Below, in pieces: positions 37,382 to 47,427 of a stretch of 49,514 nucleotides of DNA. A program made the position numbers and the translations under genes. The stretch's first letter is position 1, and each line of letters starts with the position of its first letter. Below the pieces are notes generated by a model, which worked only from the letters and a program-made list of their open reading frames with translations, was not told the DNA's origin and ran no database searches. Origin of the DNA: an uncultured Bifidobacterium sp. (lineage in GTDB: Bacteria > Bacteroidota > Bacteroidia > AKYH767-A > OLB10); contig CAZPCA010000002.1 of NCBI GenBank assembly GCA_964584995.1, positions 1 to 49,514 of the forward strand, read 5' to 3'.

Positions 37382-39881
37382 ACTCGTAGTTTTACTTACC
37401 CTGTTCAGTGTCTTTTTCGTCGGAGGCTCCTTCGCCCAGACAGCGAACAACGAATCCCTGAATCAGGATTTCGATTTCAGCAATCCGAAAGAATATGAAC
37501 TCGGTGGAATCACTGTAAGCGGGGTCAGTTTTTTGGATGAAAGCGTACTGATCACCCTGACAGGCCTCAATGTAGGGGAACGCTATAAGATACCCGGAGA
37601 GAAAATTGCTGCCGCTATCGAGAATTTGTGGAAACAAGGCTTGTTAGCCGATATCAAAGTCTCTGCGAGCAAAATCATCGGCGAACGGATCTTTCTGAAT
37701 TTTCAACTCAGTGAACGGCCACGCCTGTCAAAATTCGCCTTCAGCGGAATCAGTAAGAACGAAGCCGACAAACTGCGCGAAAAACTTCAGCTTGTCAAAG
37801 GTAAAGTCATTACGGAGAACCTGATTCAAATGACGAAGAACCAGGTCCGCGAGCACTATGTGGATAAAGGGTATCTGTTCATTGACATCAACATCCTTAC
37901 TGAAAGGGATACTGCTTCGGGTCCTAATCAGGAGTTAATGAAGATAAATATAGGCAACAAGCAGAAAGTAAAAATCAATGACATCGTCTTTCACGGCAAC
38001 TCTGTTTTCATTGAAAAGAAATTGCGGAGGAAAATGAAGGGAACCAAGGAAAGGGGATGGTACAAATTGTTCACCTCATCCAAGTTTAATGAAACCGCGT
38101 TTGAAACGGACAAGGAAAAGGTTGTTGCCGCCTTCGCCGCCAAGGGCTATCGCGACATCAGCATCGTGAAGGACAGTGTCTATAAATTCAACGACAAAAG
38201 TGTCAACATTGAAATCTGGCTAAACGAAGGTCCGAAATACTATTTCCGAAACATCACTTGGGTAGGCAATACCAAATACCCCTCCGCCACTCTCGGCCAA
38301 ATCCTTGGGATTAGCAAAGGGGATATCTTCAACCAGCAAAAACTGGACGAAGGCCTTTTCATCAGTCAAAACAGCCGTGATGTGAGCTCGCTATACATGG
38401 ACGATGGTTACCTGTTCTTCCAGGTAACTCCTGTAGAGATAATGGTGGAAAACGATTCCATCGATATCGAAATGCGGATTTACGAAGGAAAGCAAGCCAC
38501 GGTAAACCGCGTAACCGTCAAAGGCAACTCCAAGACCAACGACAAGGTTGTCATGCGGGAAATCCGCACTCAGCCCGGTCAGCTCTTCAACCGCTCTGAT
38601 ATCATCCGCACCCAACGAGAATTATCACAGTTGGGCTATTTTGATCAGGAGAAACTGAATGTCATTCCCAAGCCCAACCCTGCCGACGGGACTGTAGACA
38701 TTGAGTACATTGTAGAAGAGCGCCCTTCCGATCAACTTGAATTGAGCGGAGGCTGGGGCGGGGGTGCCGGTGTGGTAGGTACACTCGGTGTTTCATTCAA
38801 CAACTTCTCCGCCAGAAACATTTTTAAGAAGGGCACATGGTCTCCCCTGCCTACCGGAGATGGACAGCGACTGAGTATTCGCTTTCAGTCCAACGGAAGA
38901 TTCTTTCAAAGCTATAACGCATCCTTCACCGAACCCTGGCTTGGCGGAAGGAAGCCGCATTCATTGAGTGTATCTGTCTTCCACTCGGTGCAAACCGATG
39001 GTCTTCCGAAAAGCAGCGAGGACAGATCCACGCTCATGATCAGCGGGGCCTCTGTAGGGCTTGGCAGAAGGCTGAAGTGGCCGGATGATTTCTTTCAGAT
39101 TTACCACGAAGTCACAATACAACGATATTCACTCGACCAATGGTCAGGAACATTCCTGTTCAGCGATGGATATTCCAACAACCTGAATTTCGAACAAACG
39201 ATTTCCCGAAACTCAGTAGATGGATTCATCTGGATACGCGGGGGATCACAGATTTCGTTTACCGTTCAGGTAACACCGCCTTTCAGTCTGCTAGACAAAA
39301 CCACTGATTTCTCCACCGCTGATCCAAAAACAAAATATCGCTGGATTGAATACCATAAATGGAAATTCAACGGGGCCTGGTACAAAAGCCTTGGCAATAA
39401 ATTTGTGCTCTTCACCAGAACACAGTTGGGTATTCTGGGGTATTACAACCCGGATATCGGTCAATCCCCTTTTGAGCGGTTTTATCTGGGCGGAGATGGA
39501 TTAAGTGGCTTCGCATTAGACGGCCGGGAAATAATCGCTTTGCGTGGATATAACAACAACTCCATAACACCGCGTATCAACGGTAGCATTGTCGGTGGTA
39601 CTACTTTTAATAAATACACAATGGAATTACGGTTCCCGGTTTCACTGAATCCATCGGCCACCATTTACGCACTGGCCTTTCTGGAGGGAGGTAACAACTG
39701 GCTCGGGACACGGAATTTCAACCCGCTTAACATTAAAAGATCGACAGGCGTAGGTGTCCGGATTTTCCTACCTATGTTTGGATTGCTGGGTCTTGACTGG
39801 GGTTACGGATTCGACGAAGTCGAGGGAGCACCGGGTGTGAACAAAGGTCAATTCCACTTCACCATTGGACAACAGTTCTGA
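37374..39881 (+). CDS. bamA: Outer membrane protein assembly factor BamA
   Basis: 835 aa with a signal peptide, multiple POTRA-like repeats and an Omp85 barrel (LRGY, ELRFP, terminal FHFTIGQQF). The start overlaps the uppS stop by 8 nt. It is followed by skp genes. Confidence 0.93.
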   Translation: MRKLVVLLTLFSVFFVGGSFAQTANNESLNQDFDFSNPKEYELGGITVSGVSFLDESVLITLTGLNVGERYKIPGEKIAAAIENLWKQGLLADIKVSASKIIGERIFLNFQLSERPRLSKFAFSGISKNEADKLREKLQLVKGKVITENLIQMTKNQVREHYVDKGYLFIDINILTERDTASGPNQELMKINIGNKQKVKINDIVFHGNSVFIEKKLRRKMKGTKERGWYKLFTSSKFNETAFETDKEKVVAAFAAKGYRDISIVKDSVYKFNDKSVNIEIWLNEGPKYYFRNITWVGNTKYPSATLGQILGISKGDIFNQQKLDEGLFISQNSRDVSSLYMDDGYLFFQVTPVEIMVENDSIDIEMRIYEGKQATVNRVTVKGNSKTNDKVVMREIRTQPGQLFNRSDIIRTQRELSQLGYFDQEKLNVIPKPNPADGTVDIEYIVEERPSDQLELSGGWGGGAGVVGTLGVSFNNFSARNIFKKGTWSPLPTGDGQRLSIRFQSNGRFFQSYNASFTEPWLGGRKPHSLSVSVFHSVQTDGLPKSSEDRSTLMISGASVGLGRRLKWPDDFFQIYHEVTIQRYSLDQWSGTFLFSDGYSNNLNFEQTISRNSVDGFIWIRGGSQISFTVQVTPPFSLLDKTTDFSTADPKTKYRWIEYHKWKFNGAWYKSLGNKFVLFTRTQLGILGYYNPDIGQSPFERFYLGGDGLSGFALDGREIIALRGYNNNSITPRINGSIVGGTTFNKYTMELRFPVSLNPSATIYALAFLEGGNNWLGTRNFNPLNIKRSTGVGVRIFLPMFGLLGLDWGYGFDEVEGAPGVNKGQFHFTIGQQF

Positions 39882-40084
39882 TAGCAGTCCGGGTGAATGA
39901 AGATTTAGTAAAGAAAATGTCTGTAAGGGCCGTGTAATTTGTTTATCTCACCATGTAAATTCACACACGCCTTTAATTATCAGCAAATTAAAGACGCCCC
40001 CTTTCTGTTCCCCCTTTGGCTGCCGTCGAATAATTCGGTAAATTTGGCACGATAATTCGGTCAGCGGCCATAAAAAACCAGATC

Positions 40085-40702
40085 ATGAAAAAATTCATCC
40101 CCGCACTTTTCCTCTTTGCGCTTGTGCTGAGCACAAACGTCGCAACCGCTCAGAAGTACGCCTTCATCGATTCACAATACATTTTGGACAATATTTCCGA
40201 ATACAAGGCAGCCCAACAACAACTTGATCAGCTGAGCGTATCCTGGCAAAAGGAAATTGAAGCCAAATATGCCGTGATTGATAAGTTGTATAAGGACTAC
40301 CAGGCCGAGCAGATCCTCCTCACTGAAGAGATGCGCAGAAAAAGAGAGCAGGAAATCACCACCAAGGAAAAAGAAGTAAAGGAATTTCAAAAACAGAAAT
40401 TCGGTTACGAAGGTGAGCTATTCAAAAAGAAACAAGAGCTCGTAAAACCTATACAGGACAAGATTTACAATGCAGTAAAGAAAATTGCTACCGATCAGGG
40501 CTATGCGGTCATTTTTGACAAATCCGGCGATCTGGTGATGTTGTACACCAACCCCAAGTACGACAAAAGCGATGATGTACTCACCACCATGGGGTATAAA
40601 GCCGGTACAAAATCCGGAGGTGATGGAAAATCCGGTAGTGGAAACGCTGCACCAAGCGATGCACCTTCAAAAGACGGTGGTAGCTCTGATCAAAGAAAAT
40701 AA
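40085..40702 (+). CDS. OmpH/Skp-family periplasmic chaperone (with Gly/Ser-rich C-terminal tail)
   Basis: Signal peptide, the FIDSQYIL opening, a long coiled-coil K/E/Q-rich arm and the YAVIFDKS closing motif. Located downstream of bamA. Confidence 0.88.
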   Translation: MKKFIPALFLFALVLSTNVATAQKYAFIDSQYILDNISEYKAAQQQLDQLSVSWQKEIEAKYAVIDKLYKDYQAEQILLTEEMRRKREQEITTKEKEVKEFQKQKFGYEGELFKKKQELVKPIQDKIYNAVKKIATDQGYAVIFDKSGDLVMLYTNPKYDKSDDVLTTMGYKAGTKSGGDGKSGSGNAAPSDAPSKDGGSSDQRK

Positions 40703-40732
40703 TTCAACCCATAAATCCTAAATCAATACCCT

Positions 40733-41245
40733 ATGTCAAGAATCATTGCCCTCCTCTGCATCGTTCTGTTCAGTATAGCTTCGAAATCCGTCGCGCAGGG
40801 CAGCCATAAGTTTGGACATATCAATTCAACTCAATTGTTGAGTTTGATGCCAGAAACCAAAAACGCCGACTCTTCTTTGCAGAAATTCGGTCAGTCGCTC
40901 GAGAACCAATTGAAGACCATGACCGGTGAGTACCAAGGAAAAATCAGCGATTTCAAATCCAAGGAGGCATCCATGGCAGAACCCATCAGAGATGCCAAAC
41001 TGAAAGAGATCAGTGATCTGGAAGAAAGAATTCAAACCTTCCAGGAGTCAGCCCAATCCTCCATGCAGAAAAAGAAAGAAGAATTGTACACCCCGATTCT
41101 TAAAAAAGCGGAAGAGGCCATCAACGCTGTAGCCAAAGACAATAAGTATTCCTACATTTTCGATACCAGCGCGGGCACATTGCTCTTTGCGCAGGAAAGT
41201 GACGATATACTGTCATTGGTCAAAACCAAACTGGGTCTGAAGTAA
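40733..41245 (+). CDS. OmpH/Skp-family periplasmic chaperone
   Basis: Signal peptide, the FGHINSTQLL opening, a coiled-coil arm and the YSYIFDTS closing motif. It is the second of a tandem pair. Confidence 0.88.
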   Translation: MSRIIALLCIVLFSIASKSVAQGSHKFGHINSTQLLSLMPETKNADSSLQKFGQSLENQLKTMTGEYQGKISDFKSKEASMAEPIRDAKLKEISDLEERIQTFQESAQSSMQKKKEELYTPILKKAEEAINAVAKDNKYSYIFDTSAGTLLFAQESDDILSLVKTKLGLK

Positions 41246-41265
41246 ATCCTGTTATCCTGAATCTG

Positions 41266-41299
41266 AAACCCCGGTACACATTACCGGGGTTTTCTTTTT
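41266..41299 (+). terminator. Rho-independent terminator after the skp pair
   Basis: Perfect stem AAACCCCGGTA / TACCGGGGTTT with a 5-nt loop, followed by a T-rich run (TCTTTTT). Confidence 0.8.
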
Positions 41300-41349
41300 G
41301 AAGGCATCCCCCACCCTGCTTCCGTTTGCATAAATAAGTACATTTGAAC

Positions 41350-42171
41350 ATGGCTTCTACATCAAGTCCCTCTGCGCGCCCCCTGGGTATATTTGATTCG
41401 GGTATTGGCGGATTGACTGTGGCCAGTGCCATCCACGAGTTAATGCCTCAGGAAACGATTGTCTATTTTGGCGATACCGCCCATCTGCCGTACGGCGACA
41501 AGTCTCCGGAAGCCATCCGTAAATGGTCAGCCGCCATTGTGGATTTCCTGATGGAATACGATTGCAAGGCCATCATCATTGCGTGCAACAGCATCTCGTC
41601 TGTGGCTTTCGATGCGGTGAAAAAACAAGTGGGGAAACGCGCTGAGGTCATCAATGTCATAGATCCTGTGGTGGAATATGTAAGCAGACAATCGGGTGTG
41701 AAAAACGTTGGGGTGATAGGCACGAAAGCCACCATAAAAACCGACGTATACGCCAGCAAGCTTCATCAGCTTTCAAAAAAAATAAATGTCTGTTCGCTTG
41801 CCACTCCACTGCTGGCACCGATGATTGAAGAAGGCTTCTTCAACAACAAGATATCGAAGACCATCATCCACGACTACCTTGGCAGACCCAAACTAAAAAA
41901 AATCGACAGCTTGATTCTTGGTTGCACTCATTACCCTCTCATCAAGCCGGAAATCGAACAGTATTATAAGAGCAAGGTCACCATATTCGATTCAGCACGA
42001 ATAGTAGCTCAACATGTCAGCCTGCTTCTTGAATCGAAGCATTTGCTACACTCCGGAAAGGCACGTAAACACCGATTCTATGTAAGTGACTTCACCAAAT
42101 CATTCGAGCAAAGCACCAAACTTTTTTTCAGAGGCAAGGTACGATTGGAGAAGAAAAACCTTTGGGCATGA
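41350..42171 (+). CDS. murI: Glutamate racemase
   Basis: GIFDSGIGGLTV, IIACNSIS (first catalytic Cys) and LGCTHYPL (second catalytic Cys). The ATG at 41350 is preferred over the TTG at 41344. Confidence 0.95.
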   Translation: MASTSSPSARPLGIFDSGIGGLTVASAIHELMPQETIVYFGDTAHLPYGDKSPEAIRKWSAAIVDFLMEYDCKAIIIACNSISSVAFDAVKKQVGKRAEVINVIDPVVEYVSRQSGVKNVGVIGTKATIKTDVYASKLHQLSKKINVCSLATPLLAPMIEEGFFNNKISKTIIHDYLGRPKLKKIDSLILGCTHYPLIKPEIEQYYKSKVTIFDSARIVAQHVSLLLESKHLLHSGKARKHRFYVSDFTKSFEQSTKLFFRGKVRLEKKNLWA

Positions 42172-42183
42172 CTTTGCCCCTAA

Positions 42184-42218
42184 GAAAAAAAAACGGCCGG
42201 ATATCCGGCCGTTTCTGT
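42184..42218. terminator. Bidirectional terminator between convergent murI and ppiD
   Basis: A perfect 24-nt palindrome AAACGGCCGGATATCCGGCCGTTT (42191-42214) is flanked by an A run on one side and T-rich sequence on the other. Confidence 0.8.
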
Positions 42219-42233
42219 TATGCATCTTGTTGC

Positions 42234-44324
42234 TTAATAAAACTTAGAACGATTGTCTACGATCTCGGCCTTCTCGCGAAGAGCGTTCATGGACTCGTAC
42301 TGGCTTCTGCTTTGCAATGAAGCACGCAAGTTTCCAGCCTCCTCGTTCAAATCCGCCGGAGCCTTGACATCTGCAAATGATACTACTGTACCTACGTATG
42401 CCCCGTTGAGCCCCTTCACCGGCTTCGTCATCTGACCCGGCTTGGAGGAGAGCAGGTATCCTACGAAATAAGCTTCCATTCCGCTATTCTGCAGGAGTGG
42501 TGCAGAAAACGCAAGATTCTCGGCAGTCATTACGGCGGTCGCATTGGCAGCGGCTATAGCTTCAAGCGATCCACCCTTACCCAACTTCTCGGAAAGCATG
42601 GCAAACTTCTTATCGCGGCGAACCTCTGCTGTGAGCTGATCCCTGACTTCTTCCATAGTACTATAACCCTTTTCCCTGCTTGAAATCATCTTAGCCACCA
42701 CAAAGCGACTTCCGAACTCGAAAGCCTTGGAAATCTCACCCGCTTTCGCTGTGATGGTCCAACGAACCAGTTCTCTGGAGTTTTCAAGCATACCCACCTG
42801 ACGCGCATTGTTCATGATATTGGGCTCTGCCATCTTGGTAAGCTTCTCTTCCGTTACTGCCTTATCAAATGCATCGGCGGAAGTCACACGGGCAGCGAAT
42901 TCATTCGCCTTGGCATAAACAGACTGGTAGGTCTTGGAACTCGGTTCGACTTTCTTCTCTACGAAAGCAACCCGAACCTGACGACTGGACTTGCCCTGAT
43001 CGGTGATGTGAATGATATGGATACCGAATTGAGTCTCCACAATGGTATAGTCTCCCTTCTTACCGTTGAAACAAGCATCGTTGAACTCCGCGACCATCAT
43101 ACCTGGCATGAACCAGCCCAGATCCCCGCCTTTCACTTTGGAACCTTCATCGGTCGAATATTTATCGGACAAGGTTTTGAAGTCGGCACCGCTTTTGAGT
43201 GCAGATTTGATACTGTCCGCAGTAGCCAAGATAGCATCTTTCTTCGCAGGATCGATTCTAAGCAGTATGTGAGAAGCTTTCACAGAATCCGGCATCATCT
43301 TCTCCGCAGAAACCTTAGCAAGTTTTAAGGAGTTCCCCTCTTGGTAAGGACCTGCTACAAAACCGACCGGAGAATTGAACATCACGGAGTCGATGGAAAC
43401 AGGCAACGAACCTTTCTTGCTGAATGCAGGGTTGGCAGGCACATCACTGTTGAGAGCGACAAATGCGGAATCATTGGCTGCAGAACGGAATTCATCAGCG
43501 AGTTTGGTGATTTCGAAGGACGCGGCCTGCCTGTCGGCATCGCTTGGATTGATATCAAATGTCACGTATTCAATGCTTGCACTTGCTTCCTGCTTGTATT
43601 TTTTCATGGTCGCATTGTACAAGGTATTCAGTTCAGCGTCGGTCACTTCGATAGTGCTGTCTACGATGCTGGAGTAGGGCAACATGACATACCGGATATT
43701 CGCCGTCTTGTTTCGAGCAAAAAAGGCATCGGTGGCCTCTGCTTTGGTCACATACATGCCATATTTCAGCAGGTTGTAGTATTTCTGCTGAATCCTTTCC
43801 TCACGGATAGCATTCTCGAATACCAGCCATTGCTTCCTTGCTCTGCCGGTAGGATCATTTGTATCCATATTTTTGAGGAAGGTGGCAACATTGGCAGGGT
43901 TGAATACTCCGGTTTTCGGATCTGTGAATGCCTGCTTTACCTGGGGATGGGGATTTTTCCCTTGCACCATGTCCAGCAATTCTTTCGGTGAACAAGTAAG
44001 ACCCAATTTCTCGTATTGAGGCTTCATCACCATATTTTGAATGAACTGATTCCAGGTCTGATCACGCAGCTGGTCCATCAGGTTTTGATCCACTGTTTCT
44101 GTGCTGGTCTGCAACTTGTAATTGTCAACGGCCTTTTGAACTTCTGCTTCAAAATCCATAACATTTACTCCTTTCCCACCTATTTCACCCACTGAGGTGT
44201 CGTTGCCGGAGATGAGGCTGCTGTTGGAAGACAGGAAGTCACCCAAAATAAACGCCACCAGACTGAAACCTACTATGCCGATCAGCAAACCGGCTTTGCT
44301 TCTGATTTTCTCAATTACTGCCAT
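42234..44324 (-). CDS. ppiD: PpiD-like periplasmic chaperone / peptidylprolyl isomerase (SurA N-domain plus parvulin domain)
   Basis: N-terminal MAVIEKIRSKAGLLIGIVGFSLVAFILGDF membrane anchor and a parvulin block ASHILL...GGDLGWF....MV.EF......G.....V.T.FG.H.I; 696 aa. Confidence 0.88.
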   Translation of the reverse strand: MAVIEKIRSKAGLLIGIVGFSLVAFILGDFLSSNSSLISGNDTSVGEIGGKGVNVMDFEAEVQKAVDNYKLQTSTETVDQNLMDQLRDQTWNQFIQNMVMKPQYEKLGLTCSPKELLDMVQGKNPHPQVKQAFTDPKTGVFNPANVATFLKNMDTNDPTGRARKQWLVFENAIREERIQQKYYNLLKYGMYVTKAEATDAFFARNKTANIRYVMLPYSSIVDSTIEVTDAELNTLYNATMKKYKQEASASIEYVTFDINPSDADRQAASFEITKLADEFRSAANDSAFVALNSDVPANPAFSKKGSLPVSIDSVMFNSPVGFVAGPYQEGNSLKLAKVSAEKMMPDSVKASHILLRIDPAKKDAILATADSIKSALKSGADFKTLSDKYSTDEGSKVKGGDLGWFMPGMMVAEFNDACFNGKKGDYTIVETQFGIHIIHITDQGKSSRQVRVAFVEKKVEPSSKTYQSVYAKANEFAARVTSADAFDKAVTEEKLTKMAEPNIMNNARQVGMLENSRELVRWTITAKAGEISKAFEFGSRFVVAKMISSREKGYSTMEEVRDQLTAEVRRDKKFAMLSEKLGKGGSLEAIAAANATAVMTAENLAFSAPLLQNSGMEAYFVGYLLSSKPGQMTKPVKGLNGAYVGTVVSFADVKAPADLNEEAGNLRASLQSRSQYESMNALREKAEIVDNRSKFY

Positions 44325-44497
44325 AATCTTGTAATGTAATTATCTGAAATTAAGGATGCGAATATACGAAGAGTTCTTGAAGCTGGAAAGACATATTTCA
44401 GCCTTCTCAATTGAAATAAACTACTGGATTTCAGATTATCCTGACCCATATTAGGGGAGTGATGGAAAGAATGACCGCTCCCATGACGGATCGGTCA

Positions 44498-44689
44498 TCA
44501 GCGACGCTTCCTTTCCGAGTGAATCCTTTGCCGGCGTCTGATGATCCAGAACAATGAGGCAGCGGCTGCCAGCAGGTAGAACCATCCTGCGGTGGCCAGC
44601 CCGTCGGATAGCAGCCGCAATGTACCGAAGGTAAATCCCAGTACCATCAAAAACATCCAGGAAAATTCAAGTATCCGAAGCATGTTCAT
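44498..44689 (-). CDS. Small predicted 2-TM membrane protein with a basic C-terminus (unknown function)
   Basis: 63-64 aa with two hydrophobic helices (FSWMFLMVLGFTFGTL and GWFYLLAAAASLFWII) and an RRRQRIHSERKRR tail. Its ATG shares 1 nt with the lptC TGA stop (TGATG). Protein-coding status is not verified. Confidence 0.5.
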   Translation of the reverse strand: MNMLRILEFSWMFLMVLGFTFGTLRLLSDGLATAGWFYLLAAAASLFWIIRRRQRIHSERKRR

Positions 44690-45231
44690 CACTTTTTTAC
44701 GGTTATTCGCCCGCTCACATTGAAAATCTTGTACCGGCTGAAATCCTGATTGGCTTCAAAGCCGCGGCCATAAATGATTTCTTCGCGTGTGGTTATTTTG
44801 ACCTGTTCGTTGCTGACCAACTTTTCAGCCCTTTCATCCCAAACAAGCAACTCCGTATTGAGTTGCTCTCCCTTCTGGTTAACGACAACCACATCGTTTT
44901 TCGCCTCCCATTTCCGTTCGTTTTCGTGGTGGATGGCATAACGTGAGGTCAGCCTGGCATCGACTTTCATGTCCTGGTCGTAAAAATCAATATTGACACC
45001 TTTAGGCAACTCTGTTACAGGCTGAGGATGTGTTTTCTTCAACAGCTCAGGCGCCATTACCCTGACTTTTACTCGACCCGAATCACTGTAGAATGTTTCA
45101 AGTCCTTTGATGGTCTCCAAGGGCTCAGTATTGACCTGCGTAATACGCTTCACCTCATCCTTATTGTTTTCACAGGAGCAGAATACCCAACCTAAAGATA
45201 CTAAAAGTAGTGTATTACGCAGCCAAAACAC
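44689..45231 (-). CDS. lptC: LptC-like LPS export protein
   Basis: 180 aa with an N-terminal anchor or lipoprotein-like signal (LLLVSLGWVFCSC) and an OstA/LptC-like beta-jellyroll pattern (...FYSDSGRVKVRVMAPEL.., ..V.V.N..GE.L.TE.L.WDE....). Conserved coaX-porin-lptC neighbourhood. Confidence 0.7.
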   Translation of the reverse strand: MFWLRNTLLLVSLGWVFCSCENNKDEVKRITQVNTEPLETIKGLETFYSDSGRVKVRVMAPELLKKTHPQPVTELPKGVNIDFYDQDMKVDARLTSRYAIHHENERKWEAKNDVVVVNQKGEQLNTELLVWDERAEKLVSNEQVKITTREEIIYGRGFEANQDFSRYKIFNVSGRITVKK

Positions 45232-46517
45232 GGCGTAGCTGCGCTTGCTGGCTCCCCGATATGGGCTGTTATTCGTACCTGCGTTTCTGGAACCAGTCGA
45301 AAATACCGCTCACGGATCAGGTTGTTCTCCGTGGTTCCGTTCTGCCCCACTTCCAGCCCGATGTTCAACATGGATTGAAAAGCCTTGCGCAAGGGCAAGC
45401 CAAATCCCAATGTAAGGCCTTTGTCCTGCACTTCGGTATTGCGCAGTTGCAGGAAAGACTCTTGAAAATACACACCGGCCCTGAACTGCACCCGCTCAAT
45501 GAATTTAGTTCCTTTGGCATCGTGGGTGTACTGACCGCCCATTGAGTACCGGAAGGAATTTCTGAGGTCTTCCGCTGCATTGAATGCAGTGTACTTGCTC
45601 CACTCCTGAAACCTGATATCACCCCGCAACAACCAATGCTCGCCCTTTGCCAGTTGCCATCCGAAGGCAATACTCAAAGGGAGATTGACATAGCCAGACT
45701 CCTCTTCGATGTAGCTAATTGTATCCCTTGAAAAAGGGGTACCGGCCGGGCTTCTCACAAAGTTCTCCCAAAGTAACGAACGTTCACTGTTCAACTCCTT
45801 GCCCAAGGTGGTCGTTGCACCGAGCGACAGCGTCGTACTGTTCTTTAAATTCAATTTATAGAGAAGGCCGAACTCGAAACTGAAATCTCCAATCTTGGTA
45901 TTCTCTACCACGCGGGTACTAAGAAAGTCTGCACTTGAAAAATCAGCAATACGGGATTGCTGCAGGGAACCGAAAACAAAAGAAGCATTGACACCTGCCA
46001 TCAAGCCCTCTGTAATCTTCACCCCCGTACCGAGGAAATACCTGTTGTAACCACCTGCTCCGAAGTAGTTGGTCGATAACGTGGTGGTAGAATCCACCTG
46101 CTGAGCAGAAGTAATATCATACCCAATGCCGGAGAAAGGTAAGAAACCGAAAGCCAGCGAAACCCTATTCCTGATCACGGGGAATCCCAAAACCAGGTAT
46201 TCTATTTTCGCATTTCTTTTAGTCGATTGCAGCGTGTTCTGCTCCAACTGTAGCACCTCACCGGAAATGCCAAAATCAAAAACCATCAGTGTATCTGCGG
46301 CATAACTTGCGGGATTGAAACAGTTGAACCTGGCGACTCCCGATTCAGCCAGACCCGTTCCACCCATGGCCCTTTGATGAGCAAGACCTTTGAAGAGCAA
46401 TTCTCCCGGACCGAACCTGGAATACGGAGACAAGGTGCTGGTCTGCGCCGGTGACAATGAGGAATAAACCAGCAACAACGCCAGCAATATCACTTTGGTG
46501 TAGTTATCCTCTCTCAT
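45201..46517 (-). CDS. Conserved hypothetical porin-like outer-membrane beta-barrel protein
   Basis: Signal peptide (KVILLALLLVYSSLSPAQ) and alternating beta-strand pattern throughout. The ATG at 46517 overlaps the coaX stop by 4 nt. The 3' end as read overlaps lptC by 31 nt and may be affected by a 1-nt frame problem (see findings). Confidence 0.65.
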   Translation of the reverse strand: MREDNYTKVILLALLLVYSSLSPAQTSTLSPYSRFGPGELLFKGLAHQRAMGGTGLAESGVARFNCFNPASYAADTLMVFDFGISGEVLQLEQNTLQSTKRNAKIEYLVLGFPVIRNRVSLAFGFLPFSGIGYDITSAQQVDSTTTLSTNYFGAGGYNRYFLGTGVKITEGLMAGVNASFVFGSLQQSRIADFSSADFLSTRVVENTKIGDFSFEFGLLYKLNLKNSTTLSLGATTTLGKELNSERSLLWENFVRSPAGTPFSRDTISYIEEESGYVNLPLSIAFGWQLAKGEHWLLRGDIRFQEWSKYTAFNAAEDLRNSFRYSMGGQYTHDAKGTKFIERVQFRAGVYFQESFLQLRNTEVQDKGLTLGFGLPLRKAFQSMLNIGLEVGQNGTTENNLIRERYFRLVPETQVRITAHIGEPASAATPCFGCVIHYF

Positions 46518-47233
46518 ATCGGTTGAAATTCCAGAATCACATTCAGCCCCTGAAGCGTAAGCGAAGGGGCGGCAAAGATGGAAGATTTGAGTCGATTCAG
46601 CAAGAACCGGTGATCTCCACCGGTCACAATTATCTGCAAATCGGCAAATTTCGTCTTGTATTGCTGACAAATCCCCTCCACTTCGCTGATCATACCATTT
46701 AAAACTCCTGAGTGAATCGAGGAAGCTGTATCCTGACCGATAAGCGGAAATTCAACAGCCGGCTCCAACAAGGGTAATGCAGCGGTACCCTCGTGCAAAG
46801 CTTTATAGCGCATACGAAGTCCCGGTGAGATAGCGCCCCCGAGATACGCACCCTGCGCATCCACAAAATCGAACTTCAGACAGGTTCCGGCATCGATGCT
46901 CAACACCGGTAATCCCGGGAATAACCAAGCAGCAGCACAGGCATTGGCCAATCGGTCACGCCCAAGTGATCGCGGTGTTTTATAGTCGTTGCGAATTGGA
47001 AGCGGTGTGTTCTCGTCCAACATAAGGACCGGTGCCTCTCCTATCAATGCAAAAATACCGGCTGGCACCTCTGCCACTGCAGAAATCAAACATCGTTTTA
47101 TCGAAAAATGATGCAATTCCTTTGCAAGTGAATTCAAATCAGCCTCATCCACCCGCCCACTGAGCTCCACTTCTCCCCCATTGAACACCCCGAATTTACA
47201 TTCGGTGTTCCCGACGTCGAAAACAAGATTCAT
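46514..47233 (-). CDS. coaX: Type III pantothenate kinase
   Basis: The MNLVFDVGNT opening, the SIDAGT block and the ATGGD-like VTGGD block; 239 aa. Confidence 0.92.
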   Translation of the reverse strand: MNLVFDVGNTECKFGVFNGGEVELSGRVDEADLNSLAKELHHFSIKRCLISAVAEVPAGIFALIGEAPVLMLDENTPLPIRNDYKTPRSLGRDRLANACAAAWLFPGLPVLSIDAGTCLKFDFVDAQGAYLGGAISPGLRMRYKALHEGTAALPLLEPAVEFPLIGQDTASSIHSGVLNGMISEVEGICQQYKTKFADLQIIVTGGDHRFLLNRLKSSIFAAPSLTLQGLNVILEFQPI

Positions 47234-47427
47234 CCAACAATATTAGAAGAAATGCGCTTAACCAAGCATAGAGCGAAATCCCTATGCTAACAATGCACTC
47301 GGCGAAAACCCAAGAAGATCACATCCTATATAAATTTGATTCATAGATGGTTGCATGATTACTGACCGCGCGAAGAGGTCGCGCTTGTTTTTCCTAAAAA
47401 AAGCTTACTTTTGCAACCTCACATTTT

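Noticed and set aside
47252-47290. A 12-codon mini-ORF (MRLTKHRAKSLC) in the coaX/tRNA-Phe spacer, considered as a possible leader peptide.
   Set aside because: There is no downstream plus-strand biosynthetic gene to attenuate, no codon-run signature, and it overlaps the hairpin. An RNA-level explanation is more economical.
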